A stretch of DNA of 64,000 nucleotides from Gammaproteobacteria bacterium (GCA_965222155.1 CBDCTH010000012.1:352001-416000); one strand, 5' to 3'; shown: positions 11,136 through 21,702, counted from the stretch's first letter. Notes: generated by a model from the letters alone, not told the origin. A program made the numbers and translations.

Positions 11136-11226
11136 CCGCCATTGGTCAATCTTGGCCCGCGCATCTGCCAGCGTTAGAAACCAGTGCTAATTCAAACATT
11201 CCTGGCGCACACGCGCATTAAACGCC
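11136..11226 (-). pseudogene. IS3-family transposase fragment
   Basis: Minus strand reads AFNARVRQECLN*HWFLTLADARAKIDQWR, typical of the IS3 OrfB C-terminus, with an in-frame stop. Confidence 0.75.
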
Positions 11227-11543
11227 CTTTTCATAGCGTTTCACAATGACCTGGAAGAACAGGTTAGCCCTGTTCTTTTGTCACAGGCAGATAACCGATT
11301 TCGTCAATGATCAGCAAACTGGGACCATTCCCGCTACCACTGTCGCCATTGCGTGAAAAAATGCCTGACTTTGAACACAGATACTCCTGCGAACGCAGGA
11401 ATCCAGAGTCATACAGGTCCGACCCTGGAAGTTGCACATTTTCACGTCCGCTTGCATTGCCCGGATGGGGGCGAAGAAGGTAAGAGATTGCTCTGGGAGT
11501 TTAGAATAATATATTACCTGATATTACATATCTTTCTTGATAC

Positions 11544-11562
11544 TATAACACTTGGTGTTATA
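11544..11562. promoter_or_regulatory. Probable antitoxin operator palindrome
   Basis: tataacac-ttg-gtgttata immediately upstream of the toxin gene. Confidence 0.55.
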
Positions 11563-11579
11563 CAATTACCGAGAGAGAA

Positions 11580-11990
11580 ATGGACCTCAAAATGCAAAAA
11601 ATCAGGATTTTCAAGAACAAGTGGTTTTTTCGCTTCGCCAGGAAAGAAAACATTGAGGATGCTGACTTGTGTGAGGCGATCAGAAATTCTGAAAAGGGAT
11701 TGATTGAGGCCGATCTTGGCGGTGGCGTGATCAAGCAAAGGATCGCGCGAGCAAAGGAGGGAAAATCAGGCGGATACAGGTCGATTATCCTGTTTCGCTC
11801 CGGCGACAAAGCGTTCTTCGTGTATGGATTTACGAAGAGTAAACGGGACAACATCAGGAAAGACGAATTGACAGGCTTCAGGGCTCTGGCGGATGAAATG
11901 TTAGGCTATAACGAGGCCACGCTTACCAGGTCTCTGAAAAGTGGAGCGATTGTAGAGGTGAAATGCGATGAAAAAACAGTATCTAAGTGA
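11580..11990 (+). CDS. Type II TA toxin, RelE/HigB-like (start may be a few codons downstream)
   Basis: RIFKNKWFFRFARKE, ADLGGGVIKQRIAR..GKSGGYRSI, FFVYGFTKSKRDNI. Confidence 0.85.
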   Translation: MDLKMQKIRIFKNKWFFRFARKENIEDADLCEAIRNSEKGLIEADLGGGVIKQRIARAKEGKSGGYRSIILFRSGDKAFFVYGFTKSKRDNIRKDELTGFRALADEMLGYNEATLTRSLKSGAIVEVKCDEKTVSK

Positions 11991-12285
11991 TGCTCTCGGT
12001 GCGATCCATGAGACCGCCAGCGATCTGCATGACGCCGGCGTCATGGACAAGCGCACTCTGCGTAAATTCGACAAGATGTGCCTGACTCCAGTGCATCCGA
12101 TGAAGCCGGAGGAAATCCGCGAGTTGCGTAGGCGTGAGCACGTAAGCCAGGCCGTCTTTGCAATTCACCTGAACGTTTCCAAGGGAGTGGTCAGCCAGTG
12201 GGAGCGTGGAGAGAAGCAGCCTGCCGGCACATCTCTCAAACTCCTGGCGCTGGTTCAGGAGAGGGGGCTGGACGCAATCGCCTGA
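11968..12285 (+). CDS. XRE-family HTH antitoxin (HigA-like)
   Basis: IRELRRREHVSQAVFAIHLNVSKGVVSQWERGEKQP; overlaps toxin gene. Confidence 0.85.
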   Translation: MKKQYLSDALGAIHETASDLHDAGVMDKRTLRKFDKMCLTPVHPMKPEEIRELRRREHVSQAVFAIHLNVSKGVVSQWERGEKQPAGTSLKLLALVQERGLDAIA

Positions 12286-12312
12286 CCCAGTCCGGTTCCT
12301 CCTGCTACGGCA

Positions 12313-12597
12313 CCAGGATAGGGTCGGACCTGCCTAACTATTTGTTCCAGTTCAGTTTATATGCCATATACGCCTGTTATTTTTCCTTAAAACCCCCTTT
12401 TTGCTATCAGAATCAAGGTCGTAAGGTCCCCATGCCTGTTTGACGGCATTAGGCCAGGCCAGGATAGGGTCGGACCTGCCTAACTATTTGTTCCAGTTCA
12501 GTTTATATGCCATATACGCCTGTTATTTTTCCTTAAAACCCCCTTTTTGCTATCAGAATCAAGGTCGTAAGGTCCCCATGCCTGTTTGACAGCATTA
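12313..12597. repeat. Near-tandem direct duplication of about 139 bp
   Basis: 12313-12451 is repeated at 12459-12597 (period 146); one mismatch seen (tgacggc vs tgacagc). Confidence 0.9.
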
Positions 12598-12901
12598 CTC
12601 TCCTGATTCGCTGTGGTCTACTTGTGCAGCGTCTGATACTTCCTCTTAAAGTCCTGTTTTGGCATATGAAAAACGTAGTCTAAGCGTAGGACAGCACGTC
12701 TTTTGTGACAGTTTCCCTTTATTATCAGTAGTTTCTGTCAGGCTGGACTGGTCTGACCCTATACTCTAAAGTCGGCGACGGCGGTGGACGGGGCCGATGA
12801 GAGCCGGGTGCGGCTGGACTCGGTGGGGTGCGACGGCCCTTGCCCGACCGGAGCACGGCCTGATGCTGCGCACCACGCTGCCGTGGTAGGGTAAAACAGG
12901 A

Positions 12902-12928
12902 AGGGGACGGATTTCAAATCCGTCCCCT
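12902..12928. repeat. GGGGAC-type palindrome, copy 2
   Basis: aggggacggatttcaaatccgtcccct, just past the 3' end of the amidohydrolase gene. Confidence 0.85.
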
Positions 12929-12944
12929 GTTCGAAACCTGTCCC

Positions 12945-14357
12945 TTACTGCCTGGTAAACTCGTTATGGACGAGTTTAATCAGGGACCGGCGCTCCTCTT
13001 GACCCTTGACGTAATAGTCTGTGAATTTCTCAAACCATTGAGTCGCTTTGGCAATGATCGCTTCTTCATCAAGCATAGTGAATTCGCCTTCCCGGCGCAG
13101 GAACACGCCATCAACCATTACGTCAGCGGCCACGGCGCCCGGACCGTTAATACAGAGAAAGTAAAACAACATGCCGGCGTTTAACGGCATTAAATCAGTA
13201 TTTCGTCGTAAATCAATGGTAATAATATCGGCGCGCTTATCGGGCTCAAGAGTTCCGACCCTGTCGTCCATGCGCAGTACTTTGGCGCTGCCGGTAGTTG
13301 CCAGTTCCAACGGTACCCAGACAGGGACACTGCGCTTCTCCCTTGGCATGATGTTATGGAACAAGGACATGGCGGCCATGTCTTTAAAAAGATTACCGGT
13401 CGGGTTATCCGTTGCCAGTCCGAGCCTGACCCCTGCATCCCGCATATACGGCACGTAGGCACAGTCTCCCTTCCGGGCATTGTTCGTAGGGCAGTGGGTA
13501 ATGGCGCACCCTGTCTCGGCCATGATATCGATCTCTTCTTCATTCAACTGGGTACAGTGAAAGAAAACTGAGCGTTCGTTAACCAGACCGATGTTCCGGA
13601 GATACTGGATTGCGCCTCCTTCATTGGCGCAGAGTTCGTTGGCAAGCCTTTTTTCATCAGGGGCCTCGAACAGGTGCGTCGCGAACTGAACATCGTATTT
13701 TTCCGCCAGGGCCATGCCCTTGACCAGCATACTTTCGGTGCAGTTCCATGGCCAACTGGTATGGACATCGACTGTGATGCGGCCGTCGAGAGTATTGTGA
13801 TAATTTCTGATCGCATCTTCGGTTTGCGCCAGGTATCCCTGCTCATCCAAACCATCCGACATTTCGTAGGCCGTCACCATCTGCGGCTGGATCACCATGC
13901 GCATTCTGCTGTGCTCTGCGGCTTTATAAACCGCATCCGGGAAGTGGAAGGCGTTGGCCGTGGTTGTTGTCCCGTGTTTCAGGAGATTAACAATCCCCAG
14001 CAACGTTAAATCATAGGTGCTCTCTTCGGTCAGCCAGGTCCAGGCCGGCCATATGTAGTGGTGCAGGACATCAATAATGCCGCGCACCGGCTTCCAGGAA
14101 CTCATGCCGAGGATGAGGAACTGGTGGTATTCACCGACGTGATTGTGGCTGTCGATCAGGCCCGGCATAACGATTTTGTTGCGGCAATCGAGAACCTCGG
14201 TATTTTCATCGGTGACCAGCCGCTCGATCTCCGCGGTTGGCCCAACCGCTTTGATAACCGGGCCTTCAACATATACCGCTCCATCTTCCAGAATTCCTTT
14301 CTCAGGCGCTGCTTTGCAAATCAGGTAACGACAATTCTTGAATAACACCTTGTTCAT
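12945..14357 (-). CDS. Metal-dependent amidohydrolase (MTA/SAH deaminase, Atz/Trz-like)
   Basis: MPGLIDSHNH (HxH), THLFE, HCT, HCPTNN, GLATD, GTLEPDKRADII. Confidence 0.85.
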   Translation of the reverse strand: MNKVLFKNCRYLICKAAPEKGILEDGAVYVEGPVIKAVGPTAEIERLVTDENTEVLDCRNKIVMPGLIDSHNHVGEYHQFLILGMSSWKPVRGIIDVLHHYIWPAWTWLTEESTYDLTLLGIVNLLKHGTTTTANAFHFPDAVYKAAEHSRMRMVIQPQMVTAYEMSDGLDEQGYLAQTEDAIRNYHNTLDGRITVDVHTSWPWNCTESMLVKGMALAEKYDVQFATHLFEAPDEKRLANELCANEGGAIQYLRNIGLVNERSVFFHCTQLNEEEIDIMAETGCAITHCPTNNARKGDCAYVPYMRDAGVRLGLATDNPTGNLFKDMAAMSLFHNIMPREKRSVPVWVPLELATTGSAKVLRMDDRVGTLEPDKRADIITIDLRRNTDLMPLNAGMLFYFLCINGPGAVAADVMVDGVFLRREGEFTMLDEEAIIAKATQWFEKFTDYYVKGQEERRSLIKLVHNEFTRQ

Positions 14358-14457
14358 GGCTTAATCTCCTTAATTATCTGTTTAACTATAGTATATGTAA
14401 CAATAGCTCGTATTTCTCACCACCGTTCCAGCCTGATCTGGGGGAGGATAACCATTC

Positions 14458-15825
14458 ATGAAACAAGAAGAACTACAGTTAGCGGTTCGCGGAACCATGA
14501 TTCATCCCCCTGCTGCAGGCGCTATCGAAATCCTTGAAAACGCATTAATCGCAGTGGATAACACGGGTCAAATCGCCGCTGTAACAAGTCCCGGCGAGCC
14601 TGACTACGACAAACTGGAACAAACGGCGAGAGACGCGGGCAAACTGGAGGAACTGTCAGCGGAGGAATACCTGCTGCCCGGGCTGGTCGACACTCACGTT
14701 CACGCCCCGCAATGGCCGCAACTCGGTAAGGCCCTGGATCGGCCGTTGGACGTGTGGTTGCAGAAATATACGTTTCCCCTGGAGGCCAGGTACGCAGACC
14801 TGGAGTTTGCCCAGCGCGTGTACGAAAACCTTGTCCATACCCTGATCGCCAACGGGACGACGACGGCGATGTACTACGCCACGATACACCTCGAGGCATC
14901 AAAACGCCTGGCGGAGATATGCCTGCAAAAGGGACAACGGGCGCTGGTTGGCAAGATCACAATGGATAATCCTGAACAATGCCCGGACTATTATCGTGAT
15001 GCGAGCACCCGGCAAGGGCTGGATGATACGGAGAATTTTATAGAACAGGTGCGGGGCCTGCCCGGCAATTCGAATGAGTTGGTCCTGCCCGTCGTTACAC
15101 CGAGATTTATTCCCAGTTGTACGGACGAAATGCTGCAAGGATTAGGTGAGATAACGCGGCGCGCCGATTGTCACGTACAGACTCATTGTTCCGAAGGCGA
15201 TTGGGAACACGCATTTGTGCTTGATCGTTACGGAAAAACCGACACGCTGAGCCTGGATGGGTTCGGCTTGTTGACGCCGCAAACGGTTCTGGCCCATTGC
15301 AACTTCGTCGATGACGATGACATGCAGGTCATCAAAGAAGCGAAAACGGGGATCGCACATTGTCCGTTGGCGAACCTGTATTTTTCCAATGCAGTCTTTC
15401 CGGTACGCAAAGCGCTTGACAAGGGATTACAGCTTGGGTTGGGCACGGACATAGCAGGCGGGGCAAATCCCAGTATCCTGCACAACTGCCAAATGGCAGT
15501 CACTGCCTCCCGGGCGCGGGAGGACGGTGTCAGCCAGGATCTCGGACCGGACGAGCGCGGCACGTCCGGCGCCCGCATCGATTTCCGCGAGGCCTTCTGG
15601 ATGGCGACGGCAGGGGGTGGCGAGGTTCTGGGTCTGAAAGTGGGCAAATTCGTCGAGGGTTACGCCTTCGACGCCATAGTTATCGGGACTGACGTAGCAG
15701 ATAGCAACCTCATCATCTGGGAAGATATGGATACGGGTGATGATGTGTTACAGAAAATCATTTATAACGCCGAACGTCAAAACATCAAGCAGGTCTGGGT
15801 GCAGGGAAAACGGATAAAAGGCTGA
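14458..15825 (+). CDS. guaD: Guanine deaminase
   Basis: PGLVDTHVHAPQ, WLQKYTFPLE, GTTTAMYYATIH, VTPRFIPSCT, QTHCSE, GLGTDIAGG. Confidence 0.85.
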   Translation: MKQEELQLAVRGTMIHPPAAGAIEILENALIAVDNTGQIAAVTSPGEPDYDKLEQTARDAGKLEELSAEEYLLPGLVDTHVHAPQWPQLGKALDRPLDVWLQKYTFPLEARYADLEFAQRVYENLVHTLIANGTTTAMYYATIHLEASKRLAEICLQKGQRALVGKITMDNPEQCPDYYRDASTRQGLDDTENFIEQVRGLPGNSNELVLPVVTPRFIPSCTDEMLQGLGEITRRADCHVQTHCSEGDWEHAFVLDRYGKTDTLSLDGFGLLTPQTVLAHCNFVDDDDMQVIKEAKTGIAHCPLANLYFSNAVFPVRKALDKGLQLGLGTDIAGGANPSILHNCQMAVTASRAREDGVSQDLGPDERGTSGARIDFREAFWMATAGGGEVLGLKVGKFVEGYAFDAIVIGTDVADSNLIIWEDMDTGDDVLQKIIYNAERQNIKQVWVQGKRIKG

Positions 15826-16093
15826 GTGGACAGGTCTTCCATGTACATTGCAGCGGGATATTCTGCCGAGGCCATGTTTGAATCACAGATATAATATTTT
15901 TCTTCTACTATACTTATCAGATACATTTTTATTACTGGACACCGATGGTTTCAGTAATCGGCACACAAACAGATCACTATGACCAATGCAGCGTTTCGGT
16001 TGTTAATGACCTGTTTATTTTATTTTGAGACAGGAGAGTTTAAACCAACGCTGAGCTTACTGCTGATACCAGCTGGAAAATAGCTCAGACTTC

Positions 16094-18493
16094 ATGTCTC
16101 AACGCGGTGAAGGGGGGCAAAAAATGTGTAAATTCCACACGGTGAATCCACCGATTTCTGTAATATTCCAACTGAAAAAACTCATTATCGGCTTAATTAT
16201 CCCTCTGGGCGTTACAGGCATTCCGGGACTCACAGTGGCGCAGGGACAGACTGCCGGCGCTATCGAAGAGATTGTGGTCAGCGCCCAGCGACGCGACGAA
16301 AATCTCCAGGATGTCCCGATAACAGTCAATGTGTTTTCTTCCAAAGACATTAATGACCTGGCGATTAACAATGCGCGCGATCTGGTCGGCCATACGCCCT
16401 CCCTGGTTTTCATGAGCACGAGCAGTAACCTGACTGCGCCGAGTATTTATTTGCGCGGCCTTGGCAATGAGAGCTTTCATGCCAATGCCGGCTCTCCGGT
16501 GGGTGTGTACGTCGACGGCAGCTACGTCGGCAATAACACAGCCTACGGTTTCCAACTCATGGACGTCGATCGCGTTGAAGTTCTGAAAGGTCCGCAGGGG
16601 ACGCTTTATGGCCGTAATACCACGGCCGGATTAATCAACTATATTCCCAGGAAACCGGTAATTGAAGATGGCTTCAGCGGCGATGTTTCGGCTGGCTATG
16701 GGCGGTTTGATACCTGGAATATTCAAGGCGCGGTCAATATGCCGTTGAGCGATACCGCTGCCCTACGGGTTGCCGTCAAAAGCGACCACACGAACGGACA
16801 ATTCGAGAATGTTTCGCCCACCTTTACCACAGATGATTACGGTGGACACGACGCTACATCCATTCGCGGGTCCCTGCTGTTCCAACCAAGCGACAGGCTG
16901 CGCGTGCTGGCAAGTGGCTTTTATGGCGATCTTGACGGGCCTCCGGGCATCGGAGTTGCCCTGGGTGTTCTGGACCCGACGACTGCGCCCGTGAGCTTCG
17001 CTACCCGCCTCGCACTGGTGCCTTGCCAGGAAACCATAGCAATTGGCAGCAATTGTTCGGATGTGGCGGGATTCGTGCCCAATGACGATATCTATGTGTC
17101 GGAGAAAGACTCTCCCGGTGGGGAAGATGCGCAATCATACGGTTTCCGGTTGCAACTGAATTATGATTTCGAAACTTTTACCTTTACCTCGATATCGACC
17201 TACGATAACACGGAACGGGAGGTGTTCAACGATACCGACAACCTTCCCAGTGGCCTGCTTGTCGCGAGTCTGGCAACGGATTACGAATCATTCAGCCAGG
17301 AACTGCGGCTGACCTCCAGCCATGGAGGTCCGTTCAGTTGGATCGCCGGGTTTTACTACTACACCGATGATGTGATTCAGTGGGAGGGGGTTGCGGTTCC
17401 ATATATCGATTCTCTCTTTGGATTCGGATACGTGGGGCGGGACCTGGAACAGGAAACCAGTACCTACGCCTTCTTCGGTGATGTTGCTTATGAGTTTTCA
17501 GATCGGCTGGAACTGACAGCCGGACTCCGTGTTACTAATGATGAGCGTAAGGGAGATCAGTTTCGCTTCAATATCGACTCGGCATTAATAGCCCGGAATT
17601 CATTCCTGAACCGGGCCGACGGGATGGCCAACAACGTCAGGGTTCTGTTTCCGGTAACTCACCTGGAGAACGACTGGACTGAAGTGAGCGGGCGTGTCTC
17701 ATTGACATACCGATGGAGTGATGAAGTCAGTACCTACGTTACCGGGGCCCGGGGTTTTAAAGGCGGCGAAATCAATGGCGCGCCGGGAAATGCGGATAAT
17801 ATCAGCCTGTCCGGCCCGGAATTCCTGACCAGTGTGGAAGTGGGTATCAAGGCCGAGTTGTGGGACCGGCGGACGCGTTTGAACCTGTCGGGTTTTTATT
17901 ACGATTTTACCGACCAGCAGGTGTTCGTCGAGGAACCGACCGCGACGGGATCGACCTCCCAGGTCATTTCCAACGCCGGCTCATCGACGATCTACGGCAT
18001 GGAGGCACAGGTGGTCATCGTCCCGGCAGAGAATCTGCGCCTCAATCTGACAGCAGCCTACATGGAAGCGGAGTTCGATGAGTTCCTGATAGACCCTCAT
18101 GACCTCGATAATGACGGTGATTTGAAAGACAAGTCCGGAAATAAGTTGGCCAACGCCCCGGAGTTGTTTTTATCCGCCTTAGCGCGCTATGACATACCCC
18201 TGGCTCATGGAGGGAAAGTGACTCTGCAAGCGGATGCGAACCTGCAGGATGACCGGTTCTTTACCGTAGACAACAACCCTTACCTCGCACAGGATTCCTA
18301 TTGGCTCGTGGGAGCGAGAGTGACCTACCTGCCACCCGGCGAGAACTGGGACCTCAGCTTCTGGGGGAAGAATCTCACGGACGAGGAATATTTTGTCGGG
18401 GGCTTCGATTTTCGAGGTCTGGCCGGCAGTGTTTTCCCGCTCAGTGTGGGTGAACGCATGACCTGGGGCGTGACGGGCAACTATCGGTTCTGA
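16094..18493 (+). CDS. TonB-dependent receptor (true start probably somewhat downstream)
   Basis: Signal peptide, IEEIVVSAQRR TonB-box region, RVEVLKGPQGTLYGRN plug motif, C-terminal YRF. Confidence 0.92.
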   Translation: MSQRGEGGQKMCKFHTVNPPISVIFQLKKLIIGLIIPLGVTGIPGLTVAQGQTAGAIEEIVVSAQRRDENLQDVPITVNVFSSKDINDLAINNARDLVGHTPSLVFMSTSSNLTAPSIYLRGLGNESFHANAGSPVGVYVDGSYVGNNTAYGFQLMDVDRVEVLKGPQGTLYGRNTTAGLINYIPRKPVIEDGFSGDVSAGYGRFDTWNIQGAVNMPLSDTAALRVAVKSDHTNGQFENVSPTFTTDDYGGHDATSIRGSLLFQPSDRLRVLASGFYGDLDGPPGIGVALGVLDPTTAPVSFATRLALVPCQETIAIGSNCSDVAGFVPNDDIYVSEKDSPGGEDAQSYGFRLQLNYDFETFTFTSISTYDNTEREVFNDTDNLPSGLLVASLATDYESFSQELRLTSSHGGPFSWIAGFYYYTDDVIQWEGVAVPYIDSLFGFGYVGRDLEQETSTYAFFGDVAYEFSDRLELTAGLRVTNDERKGDQFRFNIDSALIARNSFLNRADGMANNVRVLFPVTHLENDWTEVSGRVSLTYRWSDEVSTYVTGARGFKGGEINGAPGNADNISLSGPEFLTSVEVGIKAELWDRRTRLNLSGFYYDFTDQQVFVEEPTATGSTSQVISNAGSSTIYGMEAQVVIVPAENLRLNLTAAYMEAEFDEFLIDPHDLDNDGDLKDKSGNKLANAPELFLSALARYDIPLAHGGKVTLQADANLQDDRFFTVDNNPYLAQDSYWLVGARVTYLPPGENWDLSFWGKNLTDEEYFVGGFDFRGLAGSVFPLSVGERMTWGVTGNYRF

Positions 18494-18634
18494 TTCTCCC
18501 AAAGATAAAATCGAACTATAAGAGGACTCACCCGGGATGCGTAAGTCCTCTTTTTTGCGCGTGTGGGTTACCATGTTGTTTTTGGCGAAAGTCATTAATT
18601 TCTGATACGCAGGATCAGGGATGGCTCTAACAAG

Positions 18635-19969
18635 ATGCAATCAAAGTTGAATAATAGTTATCCGCCGCGACTTTATGCCTGGCTGGTCGTACTCATTCTT
18701 TTGCTGGCGAATATCTGCTCGTTTGTAGACCGCATGATACTCACCTTGCTTGTCGAACCGATCAAGGCGGATCTCTTACTCTCAGATACCCAGATTGGAG
18801 TGTTGCACGGGTTTGCCTTTGCCGCCTTTTATGCCTTGATGGGGCTGCCCATAGGACGTCTGGCTGATCGTGTGCATCGACGCAACGTCATCGTGATAGG
18901 GATCACCCTGTGGAGTTTCATGACGGTATTTTGTGGTTTGGCGCGCAATTTTCTGACTTTATTTCTTGCCCGGATGGGAACAGGGGTCGGCGAGGCGACA
19001 TTCAACCCATGCGCCTTTCCGCTGCTGGCCGACTATTTCCCCAAATTCACCCGCAGTAAGGCAATGAGCCTAGTGGCAATCGGACCGTATTTTGGCGGTG
19101 GCCTATCTTTTGTGCTGGGAGGGCTCGTGCTGGCGTGGGTGACGGAAATGGGAATGATATCCATGCCGTATATTGGAGAAATCAAACCATGGCAGATGAC
19201 ATTCTTTATCGTCGGCGCACCGGGCATATTGATCGGACTCCTGGTGTTATTGATTGTCCGGGAACCTAAGCGACACGAAAAGATCGCAGGAGATGCGCAG
19301 GGTGAAGCAACCCTGGGGTGGAAAGACACTTTTCGATTCGTATATCGGAATATCAATGTATATGCGTTAATTACGTCCGGCGCCGCATTCAATATTCTGG
19401 TCGCCTATGCCGTGAACGGCTGGACGCCAACCCTGTTCATACGCGTTTACGAATGGGAAGCCGCCAGGATCGGCACGATATTCGGCCTGATTTACATGAT
19501 TTTTGGCTCATGCGGCACCTTTATCGGCGGAATGATCGGTGACATGCTCTACAGGAAAGGGCACTATGATGCATATATCAGGGCGATGCTGATACTCATT
19601 CCCGGAGCTGTATTAATCGCATTCATGCCGCTGCTGTCTACGCCGGAATCCTCGTTGCTATGTCTCTCGCTTGGAATTCTTTGTCTGTCTACAGGCGTAG
19701 GACTGCCGATTACAGCCCTGACACAGGTAACGCCAAACGAATTCCGCGGGCAGGTTCTGGCGATGTACTTCTTTTGCCTGTATGTATTTGGCGTGGGGGT
19801 GGGTCCGGTTGCCGTCGCCGTCATGACGGATTATCTTTTCCAGGACACTGCCGCCATTCAATACTCGCTGGGACTGGTCGCTGCCATCGCCATTCCCCTG
19901 AATGTTACGATGCTTTGGTTCTGTTTGAAGCCCTATGCCAGAATGCTAAAGGCTTTTCAACATGCTTAA
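18635..19969 (+). CDS. MFS transporter (spinster-like)
   Basis: SFVDRMILTLLVEPIKADL, GRLADRVHRR motif A, about 12 hydrophobic segments. Confidence 0.9.
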   Translation: MQSKLNNSYPPRLYAWLVVLILLLANICSFVDRMILTLLVEPIKADLLLSDTQIGVLHGFAFAAFYALMGLPIGRLADRVHRRNVIVIGITLWSFMTVFCGLARNFLTLFLARMGTGVGEATFNPCAFPLLADYFPKFTRSKAMSLVAIGPYFGGGLSFVLGGLVLAWVTEMGMISMPYIGEIKPWQMTFFIVGAPGILIGLLVLLIVREPKRHEKIAGDAQGEATLGWKDTFRFVYRNINVYALITSGAAFNILVAYAVNGWTPTLFIRVYEWEAARIGTIFGLIYMIFGSCGTFIGGMIGDMLYRKGHYDAYIRAMLILIPGAVLIAFMPLLSTPESSLLCLSLGILCLSTGVGLPITALTQVTPNEFRGQVLAMYFFCLYVFGVGVGPVAVAVMTDYLFQDTAAIQYSLGLVAAIAIPLNVTMLWFCLKPYARMLKAFQHA

Positions 19970-19992
19970 GAGTCCTTATACGTTTCCAAAAA

Positions 19993-21080
19993 TTATATAT
20001 CGATATTCGGATCAATCCCCATAGCTGAACGGATCTCGTAGATTTCATCCGGCAGGCCCTCAGCCGGTATTCCCTGCATCAAAAACGCAGCATGGCCCTG
20101 TCTTTTTACACGGTTACGCCAGCCTTCAGACTTGTCTTCCGGCTCAATCGCGTTCTCCCAAAGCTGCTGTAAATCTGAATCTAACTGCTGCCGTCTCTGT
20201 TTGATGTCAATCTGTTTTATCCGCTCTATAAATGAGTTTTTATACCTGCCGTCAAACGCCTTCACATTGGCAGGGCAGACCTCCAGACAAATTCCGCAGG
20301 AATGGTAACTGCCCCCAGTAGGGCGCGCAGGCTTCCGTATCGACCACCCACTTCAGCGCACCTCGTACTTCCTGTTTCTCGTGAACGATGGCATCGCCTG
20401 GACAGTGTTCGACGCACATGCTGCAATTCCTGCAAAAATCTTCCACGCCGTAATCCCTGGATGAATCCAGGCTCATGGGTAAATCGGTGGTGACAGCCGA
20501 TAACTGGAATGAACAACCAAGTTGATCATTTATCAGGGAACCATGTTTACCCAGCTGCCCCAGTCCGGCCTGGATGGCATGGGGGATCATAATGATCTGC
20601 TCGAACCTCAAGGAGTGCGCTCGTGCGGGATAGCCTGACGCACGGATATATTCAGCCACCTTGGCGGACAGGGCGCCCATTTCCGCATAACTGCGCAGCA
20701 CTTCCCTGACGTGTCTCTCCGTGGCGCCGTGCTTAATCCATTCTACTGGCAAGAATCACGGCATATTTGTGCGGAACATCGTTTCCTTTGTAGATGTGAA
20801 ATGGATTGACTTCCGTGATGCCGACCATCTCCGCGCCTGCTTCCAGCCTCACGTTTTTAATACAATCTGCAGCTTCATCAAGACTGGTAAATAGTTTTTT
20901 TTCAGCGGCGACTTCACCTTCCACCTGCAAGACCCTGGCAATGGTCTATTCATTGTAGTGCAGGGTCCCTTCACTCACCGCATTGGCGAACACGTCATAA
21001 CCAAAACTGCGTACAACCTGAGTTGGTTCCACATATTCCAACTCGTCTTTACTCCACTCAGGTAAAACACGCTGGTTCAT
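19993..21080 (-). pseudogene. Reductive dehalogenase/QueG-like cobalamin and 4Fe-4S dicluster protein, disrupted
   Basis: Pieces in different frames: GAEMVGIT, IRASGYPARAH, AGLGQLGKHGSLI, VTTDLP, FCRNCSMCVEHCP, then frameshift to SCGICLEVCP; in-frame stops near 20945 and 20733. Confidence 0.75.
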
Positions 21081-21190
21081 TATTTGCACCTGGATGTTGA
21101 TGTAAATACAGCATACTCGTGGTCAAGCTGATTCTAATCATCATATGATGTGGGAATCCATGCAGCACCTTGCCGATGAAAGGTATTGAT

Positions 21191-21448
21191 TTATGCACTT
21201 TTTCTCCGTGGATTCGGTTTATGCTTGATGCCGATTAGTGCGTCAATGGAAAGATCTTCGTCAATCAAAGGCCAGTGAATTCCATATCCGGAAGGAGAAA
21301 TTTCAAATGCCTGTTGTTCTTCTTCCTTTGCGGTTGCCAATATACTGGAAGCTTCTTCCAGCTTGTGCTTGATATGTTTCCCGTCTACATCAAGGCTGAT
21401 GCAGCCGTTTTCTATACAGACGTTTTCCACTCTATGGTATTTATGCAT
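21191..21448 (-). CDS. DUF2442 family protein (TA-like partner)
   Basis: LATAKEEEQQAFEISPSGYGIHWPLIDEDLSIDAL. Confidence 0.85.
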   Translation of the reverse strand: MHKYHRVENVCIENGCISLDVDGKHIKHKLEEASSILATAKEEEQQAFEISPSGYGIHWPLIDEDLSIDALIGIKHKPNPRRKSA

Positions 21449-21702
21449 TATTGTCGTCTCTTCTGAAACTCATACCATTTATCCATAATGTAATCATAAT
21501 GTTCAAATATGATTTTCCTGATCTGTCTCCTGTCTCTCGGAGCTAACGCGAACGCATAATCTTCCTGAATATCAAACTTATTGACGCCGATCAAATACTT
21601 GCATTCCATTCCCCCTTTTTGACAGTGAATATGAGCGGGTTCATTTCCTTCATTTGAGTAAAAGAAAAGTCGCCATCCTGATCGCCTCAATATTGTTGGC
21701 AT
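21448..21702 (-). CDS. DUF4160 family protein (TA-like partner)
   Basis: MPTILRRSGWRLFFYSNEGNEPAHIH...W; coupled to the DUF2442 gene. Confidence 0.85.
   Translation of the reverse strand: MPTILRRSGWRLFFYSNEGNEPAHIHCQKGGMECKYLIGVNKFDIQEDYAFALAPRDRRQIRKIIFEHYDYIMDKWYEFQKRRQ

Noticed and set aside
11353-11703. 116-aa ORF upstream of the RelE-like toxin
   Set aside because: It runs through a REP-like hairpin and the TA operator, and overlaps the toxin out of frame.
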